From contig CM059441.1 of the NCBI GenBank assembly GCA_030390025.1, forward strand, positions 496,001 through 560,000: a stretch of 64,000 nt of DNA, written 5' to 3'. The position numbers and the translations under genes were made by a program. The stretch's first letter is position 1. Every line of letters starts with the position of its first letter. The DNA is from Squalus acanthias (lineage: Eukaryota). The notes under the pieces were generated by a model. It saw only the letters and a program-made list of their open reading frames with translations, made no database searches and was not told the origin of the DNA. Positions 11,801-25,283 of this stretch are shown here, piece by piece.

Positions 11801-13571
11801 GTCCTGGAGGTGTGGGAGATAGTATTTTTTTATACAACACCGATGTGCTTTATGGCTAATGTTTGTTTCAATCTCTTGTACTTGATCTTGGTAATGGAGT
11901 TAAGAATAGCTTAATCTCGATTAAACCAAGATCATAAACTCATAGAATTATGAACAAGTAGTGGCGTGCAGTGACTCACAGTGAGTCAGAGGATACGGTG
12001 GAAGTCTGTGAAAGATGTGGTAAGCAAAATAAGTAGATTGAGGTAAAGTATTACTTGATTGGCTCAAATTTCCTAGGAAACAATGTGAAATCTAAAGCTT
12101 CTTTGTGCTGTAGATATGTTTAAAGTGTGACGCATGCTATAAGCAAGACTTTAATATATTATACCAGATTTAGAACTAATGTTTAAAACCAAATCCAATT
12201 TGATGTGGTATGTAGAAATATTGAATCAAATGTTAAAATGTTGCATCATTCTACAATATATAATAAGCACTCCATACTGCAGGAAGGGACTGGTGCTTCA
12301 AAACACTGCCACACTTGTAGGACGTGGGGTCTTCGCCAGGCTAATTCCCCAAGTTCCTTGCTTGAGCCATGCTATTGCTGGGGAGGCACTACTGCTGGAG
12401 ACTTCCCAACAGGGAGAAAGGACAAATCAGAGAACCAGAATGTACAAATATAGTGGTTATATAGCTCATGGAGAAACTAAATTTTATGAGGGGGGGGTGG
12501 TGAATCATTCAACAGATTCCCATGACCTTGCTGGTTTTACAAGTAAAATGTGGTGTGGGTAGCAATTCATCAACATTCCAGTCCCTAACAGAACGAGCAG
12601 GGCTAGGGGTAGTGATAGTTCATCTGTATCCTGTCACTGTGAGGGTCAAAACACTCTTTCAAAGACTTGTGGTGGCATTAAAGATCTGTTCCCATCTTTA
12701 GTTTGCCAATGACGCTGGGAAGGATTCCTTAATATGATGCAATATAATCTGTCACAATTTCCCCAATATACATGTAAACAGAAATGATTCTGGTCAGTAT
12801 TATTTGGGCTATTTGACTGCGAATTATTTATTAACAAATATTCTAATAATTTTCAAATTCATTTTTTTAACGCAGTTACTCATTATTTTGGCTTCATTTC
12901 GAGGAAATAAAAAATGGAACATAATCTCACGCTGTCTGCCAGATTGCATTAATCCCAAGCCTGTCTAATGTCAAGGAAAGTACTGTTGCAACAAACACTT
13001 TAGGAGGAGAAATAAATTCAAAAGGTCATAGTGAGATGCTGAAATCAATCCAAATAATTGCAGACAGGCCTGTAGTGAAGTGGTGAGAAAGTCACCCATG
13101 ATTGCTTATTTTGGATTGAAAATTGAACCCCTGTTGCATTGGGACACTTTTTATTGTATTTTATTTAAACAGCTCTTTTAAAAAAAAAAGATAGATAACA
13201 CTTGAGTTGGATTTTCCTATTAATGGTAAGTGACCCAGATAGTAACCTTGGGTATCCCTCGATGACAGTGACCATAACATAGCATGACTTGGGATAATCA
13301 GTATTGGGTCAAAGTCAAGGCAACAAGAGAAGAGTTTAAACTAATTGACTGGAGGATTGCACTTAAGAAAAACTGTAGTTGAGGTTAACCGGAATATAAT
13401 ATAAGTATATAGCAAGGACAAGTAAGCACAGAATTAAAAAATGTGATCCTAATTGATGAATAAGACAATATGAAAAGAAATAAGCAAGACAAACAAATGC
13501 TACAAAGCCTATTTGGGGGAAAGGGGTGAAGGAAGAGTGTAGGACATTTGAAAAAAAAAGTAAAAAGCACT

Positions 13572-14874
13572 GGGGCAGATTTTGCGGTCGGCAGCATACC
13601 TATGGAGTACGCCGCTGGCATCCGAATAGAATATGAACTTACCTGATGGGGACCCTCCTTCGTGAACTTACTCTCTGACGCTGCATACTGGAGGGCAGCG
13701 TAATGGCCCACCGATCCCAGGGGCGCAGCGTGTGCAGAACCGTACCTGGTACCACGTGGGCCTGGTGCTCCAATCAGTACACAGAAGGGAAAGTGTCTAC
13801 CTCCAATACTGGTAACGTTCTTTATATTGCATTTCACATTACAGAATTATCTGCAATTGGATGTATTTTCAGGACAAAGCAGCCTGCTTGGTTGGCACCC
13901 CATCCACCACCTTAAACATTCACTCCCTCCACCACCGGCGTACCATGGCTGCAGTGTGTACCATCTACAAGATGCACTGCAGCAACTCGCCAAGGCTTCT
14001 ACAGCAGCACCTCCAAAACCCGCGACCTCTTCCACCTAGAAGGACAAGGACAGCAGATGCATGGGAACACCACCACCTCCAAGTTCCCCTCCAAGTCACA
14101 CATCATCCTGACTTAGAAGTATATCGCCGTTCCTTCATCGTCTCTGGGTCAAAATCCTGGAACTCGCTCCCTAACAGCACTGTGGGAGTACCTTCACCGC
14201 ACGGACTGCAGCGGTTCAAGAAGGAGGCTCACCACCACCTTCTCAAGAGTAACTCGGGATGGGCAATAAATGCCGGCCTTGCCAGCGACGCCCTGATCCC
14301 ATAAACGAATTAAAAAAAAAAAATTATTATAAGGACTAGGAGAATAAATAGTTGCAAAATGACCCCCTCTGTCTCTCTCTCTCTCTCAGACCCACCAAAA
14401 AAATTCTTGGGGAATTAATTCTTAAATCTAATTTAGGAATTCGAGTTCTGATCATTCAAGTGCTGTGAAATTTCATATAAAATACATCTATAACAGAGCC
14501 CAAACAAAGATCTGAAAAATCTGTACATTAATCATTGGCGGTGTTTCGGACAGTTTTACAATTCATTACAGCTCATTCCGGAGCTAATAGTAACTGTCTC
14601 TATCTAATCCCCTTACACTGATGCCCTGCGCCTGTTTGCATCAACCATAACATTTTCGTACTAAATTGCTGGGCAGTTGGTGGGCAATTAGCCCAACTCT
14701 GCACCAGCAATTAGGATTTCCAAGGTGGTGTGGATCATCTGTCAAGGCGTAACTTGACAGATTGCAAGATCGAGAGTAAGCTCATGCGCTTCCCGAACTT
14801 GCGGTCCATTTCAAAGGTGGTACGACGGCATACTCTGAAAATACGCCATTATACTCACTGCAAATTCTGGCCCC
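13572..14874. mobile_element. Harbinger-type MITE interrupted by a LINE fragment
   Basis: Imperfect TIRs GGGGCAGATTTTGCGG / CTGCAAATTCTGGCCCC; subterminal GAGTACGCCG-like motifs; a similar end occurs at ~51045-51115. Confidence 0.55.
13868..14321 (+). mobile_element. CR1-group LINE 3' fragment with A tail
   Basis: ORF 13861-14304 matches the C-terminus of the 34373-35592 LINE. Confidence 0.85.
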
Positions 14875-14964
14875 GTTTTTGCAGACAGGCATATTAGTGG
14901 ACAAATTAGCCTCACTGTTACTTTGACAGCAAATTTTGGGCTATTATATCTGTTGCATTTAAAA

Positions 14965-15330
14965 TAAGAACAAAGGAACATAAGAAATAGGAGCAGGAGT
15001 AGACCATTCGGCCCTTCGAGCCTGCTCTGCCATTCAATGATATCATGGCTGATCTTCTGCCTCAATTCCATTCACCGGCCCTATCGCCATATCCCTTGAT
15101 GCCCTTACTAGTCAGAAATCTATCGACTTCTGTTTTGAATATACCCAATGACTGAGCCTCCACAGCCCTCTGGGGTAGAGAATTCCAAAGATTCACCACC
15201 CTCTGTGAAGAAATTTCTTCTCATCTCAGTCCTGAATGGCCAACCCTTTATCCTGAGGCTGTGGCCCCTGGTTCTAGACTCCCCAGCCAAGGGAAACATT
15301 CTCCCAGCATCCACCCTATCAAGCCCTGTA
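14965..15330 (-). mobile_element. CR1 LINE 3' fragment
   Basis: GLDRVDAGRMFP..ESRTRGH...RRNFF motif and CR1 3' UTR. Confidence 0.85.
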
Positions 15331-15863
15331 ATAATAAAATGAAACTCTGTGGGCTGTTTTCTGAAAATAAATATTTTGTTTGTTTTGTACACACGTCGGA
15401 CTAGAGATGGCCTTTAATATTCTGGGGGAGAAAGCAAGTTGGTCTCCCAAAGGGAAGTTATCCCATGTTAATTGCATCAGAAATTCTTGCCTGTCTTTGA
15501 AACATTGGATGCGTGCAAAGCTTGCAGATGTGTACCAGTGGTTCTCATGATCAAGCTATTTGATATGCAAGTCAGATGCCAGAAGATAGCAAAAAATCTT
15601 GCAAATACCAGAAGTCAGCAATTCACACTCTCTCCATGGAGTTAAAGTTCATTAATAAACACAGTTACATGCCTAGTGTGAAAAGACTGCCTTGACCTGT
15701 GGTGGCAAAAGTCATCATGGAGAAGTAGAAATGCTGCCAACTTTTATCATTGTGCATTTCCCCAGCTTCAGCTCATCATGGTAGTGTGCCAGGGCCCCAT
15801 GGGTGGAAGCACCTCTGTATCATCTTCAAAGTCTCAGTTATAAGATTTTGAAAAGGACTTTAA

Positions 15864-16606
15864 AGGGGAAAAATTCGGTTGCTTTGCGCCTCCCGTTACC
15901 GCCCTAAGAGGGCGCTAATAGGGCGCAAAGCAACTAGCGCCCGGGCGCGGCGCCGCCAACGCCTCCCGCGAAATTCAGCGGGAGGTTAGTGGCGGCGGTA
16001 ACCGTTAGTGCCCCGCGGCACTGCGCCGCCGGCGATGGCGTCATCGCTGTGCGCAGCGCCCCACTCACGCCCCGGCCGCGATCTTCGGTAGCGCCCCCTG
16101 ACTTACCGCCGGACGCTATGTCCGATGGGGTCAGGGGGGCCTACCTGCAGCCGGGGTGGTGCTAGTTAAAGGGGAGGTGGCGGGTGGCCATTTTTGTTGC
16201 TGGCCGCCTGCCAGCACCTGTCCCCGTTGCTGTCCCGGCCCCCGTGAAGCCCCCCCCCCACGGGGTGCCGGCTGCTCTCAGTGAGCCCGGCACTCCTCTT
16301 GAGTGCCGGGCTCGTTTGCCGGCACTCCCGATCCCTGGTGGCCCAGCTGAGCGCCGGGACGCGCTGCACCAGGCCCCTCCCCTTTAATAAGGGGAGGAAG
16401 GCCTGCAGTACTGTGGCACGTAGCGCCGCAATATTGACTCGCAGCGCCCCAAGAGGGACGCGGGGCGCTTCCAGTAGCGCCCCTCCTCCCTCTCGGGGCG
16501 CTACCTGGGAAAATTGGCCGCGGGGGTGCTAATTTTTTGGGTTGCTAAAAGTAGCACCCCGGCAAAGTTAGTGCCCCAAAGGGGGCGCTACCCAATTTTA
16601 CCCCCC
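15864..16606. mobile_element. GC/CpG-rich Harbinger-type MITE related to the left end of the 37376 element
   Basis: Imperfect TIRs GGGGAAAAATTCGGT / ACCCAATTTTACCCC; GCCTCCCGTTA.CGCC shared with 37400-37415; many AGCGCC motifs. Confidence 0.7.
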
Positions 16607-19600
16607 GAAGATTTTGAACACTTTTATTATTTTGATTTGAAAGTAGTTTAAATTATTATGCAGATCAACCAATGCATTGCAAATTGTCTGCTGAATATCT
16701 TTTGCTTCTGTCTTATATTGAAAATAAAGGTAATTATTAGTTTTAACCTGAAAAATGTCTGAATATTTACCCAGTAAATATTCAGGATTAAGGCTCATTC
16801 ACACTTACTTATGTTTCCCAAGTATTAGTCTAATGTATGGTAAATAAGGTATCACAAAAGAGATTTCTAGAGAAAGTATAGTTTTAACTTGAAGCTGAAG
16901 AGAAATATGAAATATTGGCCTCCCATTTATGTTTTTCAAATACAAATCACAGAATATTATTAAAGGAATAATATTAAGTAACAGGAATAAGACACTTTAA
17001 AGCTATTACATTCCTAAATGATTAGTACTAGATTGCAAAGGTGTATTGTGCCTGGAAAATCAAAATATATATAATTTAAAAAATAGATGATTGTAGTGAG
17101 GGGAAAAAAATCCCTTGGGGAAAGGAAAATGAGAAAAGATCTTTTGCAAAATACAGATGAGGGAGGCCATTCAGCCCATCTAGCTCACGCTTCCATAGAA
17201 ACCTACAACCCTCCCATCACAGCATCTAACTGCCTCTTAAAAGATTACAATGTATTTACCTTCATTATCCTACCTGGAACATCATTCCAAGTGTCAATCA
17301 CTCTAGCAAACAAAATTTTCCTTTTTCACTCATTTTTTGCTAAAGTGCATTATACCTTTTGCAGAGAGGTGGAATGCTTCAATCAGTGCTGAACACAGAG
17401 CAGTGTCTTCTATTAGCAATACACTACATTTTACTCACATCTACTTTTTCACTAAACCTAGTGAAGATAGGAATTTCAGATCCTGAATGTCAATTCAGAT
17501 GAAACTGCTCAGCGAACTTATTGGACAATGCAATATACACAAATACCCATGAGTAATGTCACACTGTTGTACACTACAAGTATCCCAATTTTATTTGGGA
17601 GAGATTCAATGTATTTACTCCAATCACAATGAAATGTAATTTTCAGTTTGTACAGTACAAAAGGCTGTGTCACGTATATGGCATATAGGAGACATGCAAT
17701 GTTTATACAGCTGCTTTCCTGATTGCTGGAAAAATGAATAACTCCTGTCACTACACAGCTTGGCTTGGTCTCAAATATCAGCTCCTCTGCTATGGTGGGC
17801 CAACGATTTATGCCGAAGATGAGACTGAGGTATAGCCTCCCAATACAGCACCATATCCTGGTGAAATTTTTCTTCTGCCCATGTTCCTTAAGCTGCCCTT
17901 TGCACCGAAACAGTGCATACCTGAAATGATACTGGATAACAAGTTACTAGCAGGAGACACACCCAGACTATGGATCCAGGCCTGCTGAGTAGTTTTAACT
18001 TTGCACTGACACTGAACTTGTGGCACGGAAGTCGGCATGAATGCTCGACCTGACTCCAAAGTGAAGCCAAGTAAGACTCCTTCACTCTGCTGTCAGTCTC
18101 CTGATCCAGGCTGCATTTGTACTATAACTGCAGTGTTGCAGTGTGAATGCATCCCTGAAATTCATGTATTTTGAATTAAAATGCTGTAACCCAGTTGGTT
18201 CGGAAGTCTCGCCGTACGAAAATAAACAGAAGTTGAGGTATGAAGTATTTCAGTGGGTTCGCAGTCTCCCTCATTGTTTTGTGCACTTAGAACTGCAACC
18301 CAGAAAATGCATTGAGTTGATTATGAGATGAGTGAAATTAAATTTTACATTCAGGTCACAGAAATAATAATCAAGAACTGTTTCTTATGTTGTGCATTTT
18401 TTTCCTAATTTTGTTGCATTTCAGTTTACTAACTGCTACTATGAGAAGCCCACACTGGCATATGATTAAACTTTGCCTCTTAGTATCAGCTGAATCTAGT
18501 ACTCGCCTACGCAGAATACACAGTATGGCATTGTGAGATGAAATGAGGCCACTGTTGTGTCGTAGGACATTTTCTTGGAGACTGGTTACCCAGCTCTGAA
18601 TGGGATGAAAGGTCAGATTTTGCTACATGTATCTGAATCGGCTTATTCAGATTTACTCTAACTTTGCCATGTTTAGGGTGTGCCCAAGTCAGGGTCCACT
18701 CAAGCATAGACTGAAGCTCTGAGAAAAGTAGCTTTGAAATGGGTTCAGCAAAAGTGTTTTTCGCCTTGTCTCTCCTTGCAAGTCACTTGACATCATACAT
18801 CCTGTACCAGTTAAAAGAACAGGTTAGCCCAAACTGTAGAGCTGTGTGTGCTCACTATCGGTGCCATTGTGGGATCAATCAGCAGGGTCTAGCGTTCAAT
18901 AGAGCAAGCTGGATGATCTATGTTGAAACATGCGTGTGCTCAATGGCCATTCTGAGTCTGAATCCATTCTTTCCTTGCATCATTGTGAAGCATCTTGGGA
19001 TGTTATCCTACATTAAGGGCACTATATGAATGACAGGGTGATATAATTCAGATCTCTTCAGATTTTAATGAATTTGTCCAGTTCAAATCATTTGGCAAAT
19101 GGGAAACAAAATCTAGTCCCTGCAAGTCAAGTCCACTGATACAAACAGCTTTAGAGTTGGATGGCTATTTAGTTCCCCCCATCATTGCAGCACTTGTACA
19201 CAATAGCATGAATAGCTAACTTCTGGGCAAGAATCTTTTGAATATAATTCCAAATTTTTGTTTTAGCACAACACACAAAAAGAAATAGTAATTTAATGCA
19301 TGAACTTAAGTCAGACTGTATTACAGACAATATAGCACTTATGAATGGACTTGCACCTACAGTGGGGGAGGCCCATAACTGGGGGTCCTTGAACTCTCGT
19401 GGTGCTCGGTGTTTAACTTTAACGGAGGACTGTGATGTTCCCCTAGTCAATGTAGATTGCCTGCTCAGCCATAGGAGACACATGATCTAGCCAGACCAGA
19501 ATCTGGAGCAGGTTAGTTGCTTTATGAGGTCACACAGCATTCCCCCACCTGCAGGCAATATGGTTAAAATAGCAGACAAAGGAGCGTCATACAAATACAT

Positions 19601-19705
19601 TAAACTTTTGCATGTTGATATTGTGGACAGTAATTTCTAGGCTCATATATTTTCATCACAGCACGCGTTTGATTCCGTTTGTGTAAACATCTGCCAACCA
19701 ATGCT

Positions 19706-19896
19706 GCGGCGAATAGCATAGCAGCATTTAAGGGGAAGCTAGATAAACACATGAGAGAGAAAGGAATAGACGGATATGTTGATGGGGTTAGATGAAGTAG
19801 GGTGGGAGGAGGGTCGTGTGGCACATAAACACCAGTAGGGACCAGCTGGGCTGAATGGCCTGTTTCTGTGCTGTACATTTTATGTAATTCTGTGTA
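19706..19896 (+). mobile_element. CR1 LINE 3' UTR fragment
   Basis: Matches 22930-23100. Confidence 0.75.
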
Positions 19897-20002
19897 ATGT
19901 CTAACCAGTTGAAGCTGTGCTTTTTTTAATAAACAGATTCAGTTTATGCAAATCAACTTCTCATTTGTCCCTGGGATAGCGCCTGCAGTGAGAAAGGACA
20001 CT

Positions 20003-20557
20003 ATGGCCCCCATTTTCTCTCCAGTGAATGTGGTGGTAGAACCCTGAAAATCGCAGCGATATACTTGCTGCTCCATTCTCACCTGCCGCCACTTTGGTTG
20101 GGGCCTCCGCGTTGGCAGCCTAGGCACCTGCCTGTTTCAAGAGGGAGCCTATTATTAACATGCTATTCAGGGTCCTATGACGTACAAAGAACCTGACACA
20201 AATTTGAGGTAGCAATGGGCGGAGTGTGCCCAATCAATGGCCCTTAAAGGGCCCACTGCAGCCCGCTCAGGGAAAGCCAAGATTTTTATAAAGATTTTCA
20301 TGGGGGTAGGAAGAGTATGAATGCTCCTCCTGGCCCACGAAAATCCTCTGCCCTGCTGCTGGCCCTCTACAACCCCCCCACGGAAAACATTTCCAGCTCG
20401 GCTTCGCATTCACCATCGAACCATTCTCACAGATCGCCAGCAATATTGAAATGAGGTCCAGCCCTCAAAATGGCTTGGACATCTCAGCAGGGACTTTGAT
20501 GACACGAGCACTCCTTCTGCCACCACTCGAAGTCTGACCAAAGGTAAAATCAACCCC
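20003..20557. mobile_element. Old MITE-like relic
   Basis: GGCCCCCATTTT start, AAAATCAACCCC end, GC-rich interior. Confidence 0.3.
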
Positions 20558-20653
20558 TTTCAATCAAGGTAGCTTGCTTGCAATGATCAAACATCCCTCT
20601 CCCTTCCAATAAAAAGGACAACTACATACGGACACTGATGAATTATTCTTTAG

Positions 20654-21342
20654 TGTTTGAAGACCAGGACCTCAAACACAGCGCCAAGCTCATGGTCTAC
20701 AGAGCAGTAGTGATACCTGCCCTCCTGTATGCTTCAGAGACATGGACCATGTACAGCAGGCATCTCAAAGCACTGGAGAGGTACCACCAACACTGCCTCC
20801 GCAAGATCCTGCAAATCCATCGGCAGGATAGGCGCACCAGCGTCAGTGTTCTCGCTCAGGCCAACATCTCCAGCATCGAAGCTTTGACCACGCTCGATCA
20901 GCTCCGATGGACGGGTCACATCATCCGCATGCCTGATGCGAGACTACCAAAGCAAGCGCTCTACTCGGAGCTCCGACATGGCAAGAGAGCCCCAGGTGGG
21001 CAGAGGAAACGCTTCAAGAACACCCTCAAAGCCTCCTTGAAAAAGTGCAACATCCCTTCCGACACCTGGGAATCCCTGGCCCCAAGACCGCATAAAGTGG
21101 AGGAGAAGCATCCGGGAAGGCGCCAAACACCTCGAGTCTCTTCGCCGGGAGCAAGCGGAAGCCAAGCGCAGGCAGCGCACATCAACCCAAGCACCCCACC
21201 CACCTGCCCCTTCAACCACCGTCTGCCCCACCTGTGACAGAGACTGTAGGTCCCGCATTGGACTCATCAGTCACCTGCAAACTCATTTTTAGTGTGGAAG
21301 CAAGTCATCCTCGGTTCCGAGGGATTGCCTAAGAAGAAGAAG
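20654..21342 (+). mobile_element. 5'-truncated RTE-clade LINE
   Basis: KLMVYRAVV.P.LLY.SETW...QLRW.GH..RM...RLPK motif, (AAG)n tail, 9-bp TSD ATTCTTTAG (20645-20653, 21343-21351). Confidence 0.92.
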
Positions 21343-22514
21343 ATTCTTTAGAAACAGATAAGACAGGTTTTCATACTTGACAATGAACAGCAAGAGCATA
21401 GCTCCTTTTTTCTTAAAGGTGCACAAATAATAGTTTTTTATTAATCTCTCCTTTTGAGAGTTTTCCTGTTAATTTATCCAAATAGAGGAGGTAGCTTTTC
21501 TCTCGTGCTCCTCCGATAGTTAGTCACTTCTTCCAAAGTAAAATAGAATTGCACCATACTTTATAGATCAAACAGCATAGAGCACCCTCTACAGGTTTGT
21601 AGTTCACTGTACTTTAGTACATTGAGCACTAAAATGGCATTACAGTACAGTGCACACTGAATTTGCACAACACAGGATAGTTTATTATGACAGTCACTGG
21701 CCCAGAAATTCTATGGTGTCGTGCCCTTTTTTCAGGAGCAAAATGGATGCCTAAGCATCCAATATGGCGGACGGGGCACGTGCACTCGTTACATTCCAGA
21801 AGTGCACCGCCCGCCATATTGGTAAAGGCAGAAAAAGAGGCATACAAGGCCTGCGCCTGAAACAGGCAATAGGCCCTGTGCATATGCAAATAGAGGTCCT
21901 AACGCCAGTTTGAGGCCTCCTTTGTAAAATCGATCTGCCCTGAACGCAGCCAACGTTAGGCAGGCTGTGTTCAGCAAAACCAGGTCCACATGCAGCCTAA
22001 CCACTGGACCTTAAAGGGGCCATTAAAGATAGGCCCATCCCTGACCCTAGCTGATTTGCTGGAGTCATAGTTATTCAGATGTTGTTGCTGGGCTCCTGCC
22101 AGAGGAAACTTCATTTTCAACCTATTTTCCTCCTATCTTTCCTTATTTTGTTTCCCTGAAAGATGCTTTAGTAATTGTCAAAATTCAACTTTAAAAAAAT
22201 CAAATTAGAACGGAGAAATTAATTGTCTGCCTTTTTGTCTTTCTTTCCACCTCTGTCTCACAGGTGTAAGTGATTATTGTTGCTCTCTCTAACTGCCAGT
22301 TATGCACAAGCAAGATAAATAATTGGCTTCACATTCAACTGGTGCTTTATTTTTGGAAAGTGAACTAACATCAAGTGAAGAAAAACTCCCTCTCTCTGCC
22401 TGAGCCCACTCTCTTTTCTCGTTTGACTACAGTCTTTCTTCGTCTATATCTGTATCTGTATCTATCTCAATCTATATCTGTCTTTAATCTTAGTCTCTCG
22501 CTCTCCCTCAGCAT

Positions 22515-23100
22515 AATATAAGTCATGTTAAACTTGTATAGAACTTTGGTTAGACCACACTTGGAGTACTGTGTACAGTTTTGGTCTCAATATTCTAAAA
22601 AGGATATAGAGGCATTGGTGAAGCTGCAAAAAAGATTCACAAGGATGATACCAGAACTGAGAGGTTATAACTGTCAGGAATGTTTGAACAGGCTGGGGAT
22701 TTTTCTCTAGAAAAGAGAAGGCTGACGGGTGACCTAATAGGTGTCTTTAAGATAATGAAAGGATTTGATAGGGTAGACATGGAGAAAATTTTTCCACTTG
22801 TGGAGGAGACCAAAACTAGAGGCCATAAATATAAGATAGTCACTAATAAATCTAATAGAAAATTCAGGAGAACTTCTTTACCCAAAAAGTGGTCAGAATG
22901 TGGAACGTGCTACCACAAGGAATAGTTGACGCAAATAGCATAGATGCATTTAAGGGGAAGCTAGATAAGCACATGAGGGGGAAAGGAATAGAAGGATATG
23001 CTGATAGGGTTCGATGAAGAGGGGTGGGAGGAGGCTGGTGTGGAGCATAAACGCCGGCATAGACCAGTTGGGCTGAATGGCCTGTTTCTGTGTTGTAGAC
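22515..23100 (+). mobile_element. CR1 LINE 3' fragment
   Basis: LYRTLVRPHLEYCVQFW; SLEKRRL.GDLI. Confidence 0.9.
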
Positions 23101-23107
23101 GTGATGT

Positions 23108-23305
23108 AACCAACATCACTAACAAAACAAATTATCTGGTTATTAATCTCACTGCTTTTTGTGGGACCTTGTTGTGCGCATATTGGCTGCTGCATTTGCC
23201 TACAAAACAACGATGGCTACACTTCAAAAGTAATTAATTGCCTGTGAACCACATTGGGACATCCTGAGGACATGAAACGTGCTACATAAATGCAAGTTCT
23301 TTCTC
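23108..23305 (+). mobile_element. DeuSINE-like SINE 3' half
   Basis: Reverse complement of 11452-11630. Confidence 0.7.
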
Positions 23306-23429
23306 TCTAATGATTGGATTCTGTGGAGGTATATTGATTTGAGCATGCAGTCAGTTAGTTCCATGTCCAGGGAATGTCAATGAGGGAAAGTAAATCAAAT
23401 TGAATTTCTGTTGCTGTTGTCTTATTTTA

Positions 23430-24070
23430 GGAATCCTGATTGACTAATTCGCAACCTAAGCCAAACAGCTGTCATCTGGCAAATAAAATGTGATATGGCT
23501 GACGAACTGAGGCCCACAGGGATCTGAATGTGGCCGACGAACTGAGGCCCACAGGGATCTGAATGTGGCCGACGAACTGAGGCCCACAGGGATCTGAATG
23601 TGGCCGACGAACTGAGGCCCACAGGGATCTGAATGTGGCCGACGAACTGAGGCCCACAGGGATCTGAATGTGGCCGACGAACTGAGGCCCACAGGGATCT
23701 GAATGTGGCAGACGAACTGAGGCCCACAGGGATCTGAATGTGGCAGACGAACTGAGGCCCACAGGGATCTGAATGTGGCCGACTAACTGAGGCCCACAGG
23801 GATCTGAATGTGGCAGACGAACTGAGGCCCACAGGGATCTGAATGTGGCAGATGAACTGAGGCCCACAGGGATCTGAATGTGCCAAATACATGGAAAATG
23901 AGAGCATCTAGCACATAGACTGCAACTGGCAAGCTATCTTCACTGTGATCAGGTGTCAACTCGTGACATGAATCAAGAATGGTTTGCTTTGACAACCAAA
24001 ATTGCTTGTGAAGTTGGCTGTCAGAAAAATAGTGCATAATCGGGGAGTATTCACCCTCACAGGAGTTTAT
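23430..24070 (-). pseudogene. Highly degraded Harbinger (HARBI1-like) transposase N-terminal relic
   Basis: F.LSKQ.I...C.EL...SLPVAV.V..AL.F...GTF...CG.S..A.SHFI.Q.T aligns with the transposases at 30614-31770 and 37879-39045. Confidence 0.55.
23496..23882. repeat. 35-bp minisatellite, ~11 copies (GACGAACTGAGGCCCACAGGGATCTGAATGTGGC[C/A])
   Basis: Units start at 23501 with an exact 35-bp period through 23851; very few variants; no spacers. Confidence 0.97.
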
Positions 24071-24077
24071 CACCTAT

Positions 24078-25283
24078 TATTTTTTGATGAGGTAACAGAG
24101 GGTTGATGAAGGCAATGCGGTTGATGTGGTGTACATGGACTTCTAAAAGGCGTTTGATAAAGTGCCACATAATAGGCTTGCCAGCAAAGTTGAAGCCCAT
24201 GGAATAAAAGGGACAGTGGAAGCATGGATACGAAATTGGCTAAGTGACAGAAAGCAGAGAGTAGTGGTGAACGGTTGTTTATCGGACTGGAGGAAGGTAC
24301 ACAGTGGTGTTCCCCCGGGTTCGGTACTAGAACCACTGCTTTTCTTGATATGACTTGGACCTGAGTGTACAGGGCACAATTTCAAAATTTGCAGATGATA
24401 CAAACTTGAAATATAGTGAACAGTGAGGAGGATAGTGATAAACTTTAAGAGGACATAGACAAGCTGGTGGAATGGGCGAACATGTGGCAGATGAAACTTA
24501 ATGCAGAAAAGTGCGAAGTGAAACATTTTGGTAGGAAGAATGAGGAGCGGCAATATAAACTAAAAGGTACAATCCTAAAGGGGGTGCATGAACAGAGAGA
24601 TCTGGGGGTATATGTGCACAAATCGTTGAAGGTGGCAGGGCAGGTTGAGAAAGCAGTTAAAAAAGCATATGGGATCCTGGGTTTTATAAATAGAGGCATG
24701 GAGTACAAAAGCAAGGAAGTTATGATGAGCTTTTATAAAACACTGGTTCGGCCTCAACTGGAGTATTGTGTCCAATTCTGGGCACCGCACTTTAGGAAGG
24801 ATGTGAAGGCCTTAGAAAGGGTGCAGAAAAGATTTACAAGAATATGGGATTCCAGGGATGACGGAATTCAGTTACGTGGATAGACTGGAGAAGCTGGGGT
24901 TGTTCTCCTTAGAGCAGAGAAGGTTGAGAGGAGATTTGATAGAGGTGTTCAAAATCATGAGGGGTCTAGACAGAGTAGATAGAGAGAAACCGTTCCCATT
25001 GGCGGAAGGGTCAAGAACCAGAAGACACAGATTTAAGGTGATTGGCAGAAGAACCAAAGGCGACATGAGGTAAAACTTCTCATGCAGCGAGTGGTTAGGA
25101 TCTGGAATGCACTGCCTGAGAGTGTGGTGGAGGCAGATTCAATCGTGGCTTTCAAAAGGGAGTTGGATAAGTACCTGAAGGAAAACAATTTGCAGGGCTA
25201 CGGGGAAAGGGTGGGTGAGTGGAACTAGCTGAAAGCCGGCACGGGCTCGATGGGCCAAATGGCCTCCTTCCGTGCTGTAACCA
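24078..25283 (+). mobile_element. CR1 LINE, RT region to 3' end, decayed
   Basis: Y.DF.KAFDKVPH, SGVP.GSVL, KFADD, RPQLEYCVQFW; (ATTCTATG)n tail. Confidence 0.92.

Noticed and set aside
12179-12562. 127-aa ORF as a host gene
   Set aside because: No recognisable motif or convincing splice signals; length is within chance expectation
15864-16606. Host CpG-island promoter
   Set aside because: Bounded by TIRs and homologous to Harbinger termini
23496-23882. CRISPR array (35-bp repeats)
   Set aside because: Units are head-to-tail with no unique spacers, no cas genes, eukaryotic context
23422-23907. Three overlapping repetitive ORFs as real proteins
   Set aside because: Artefact of a stop-free 35-bp unit cycling through frames
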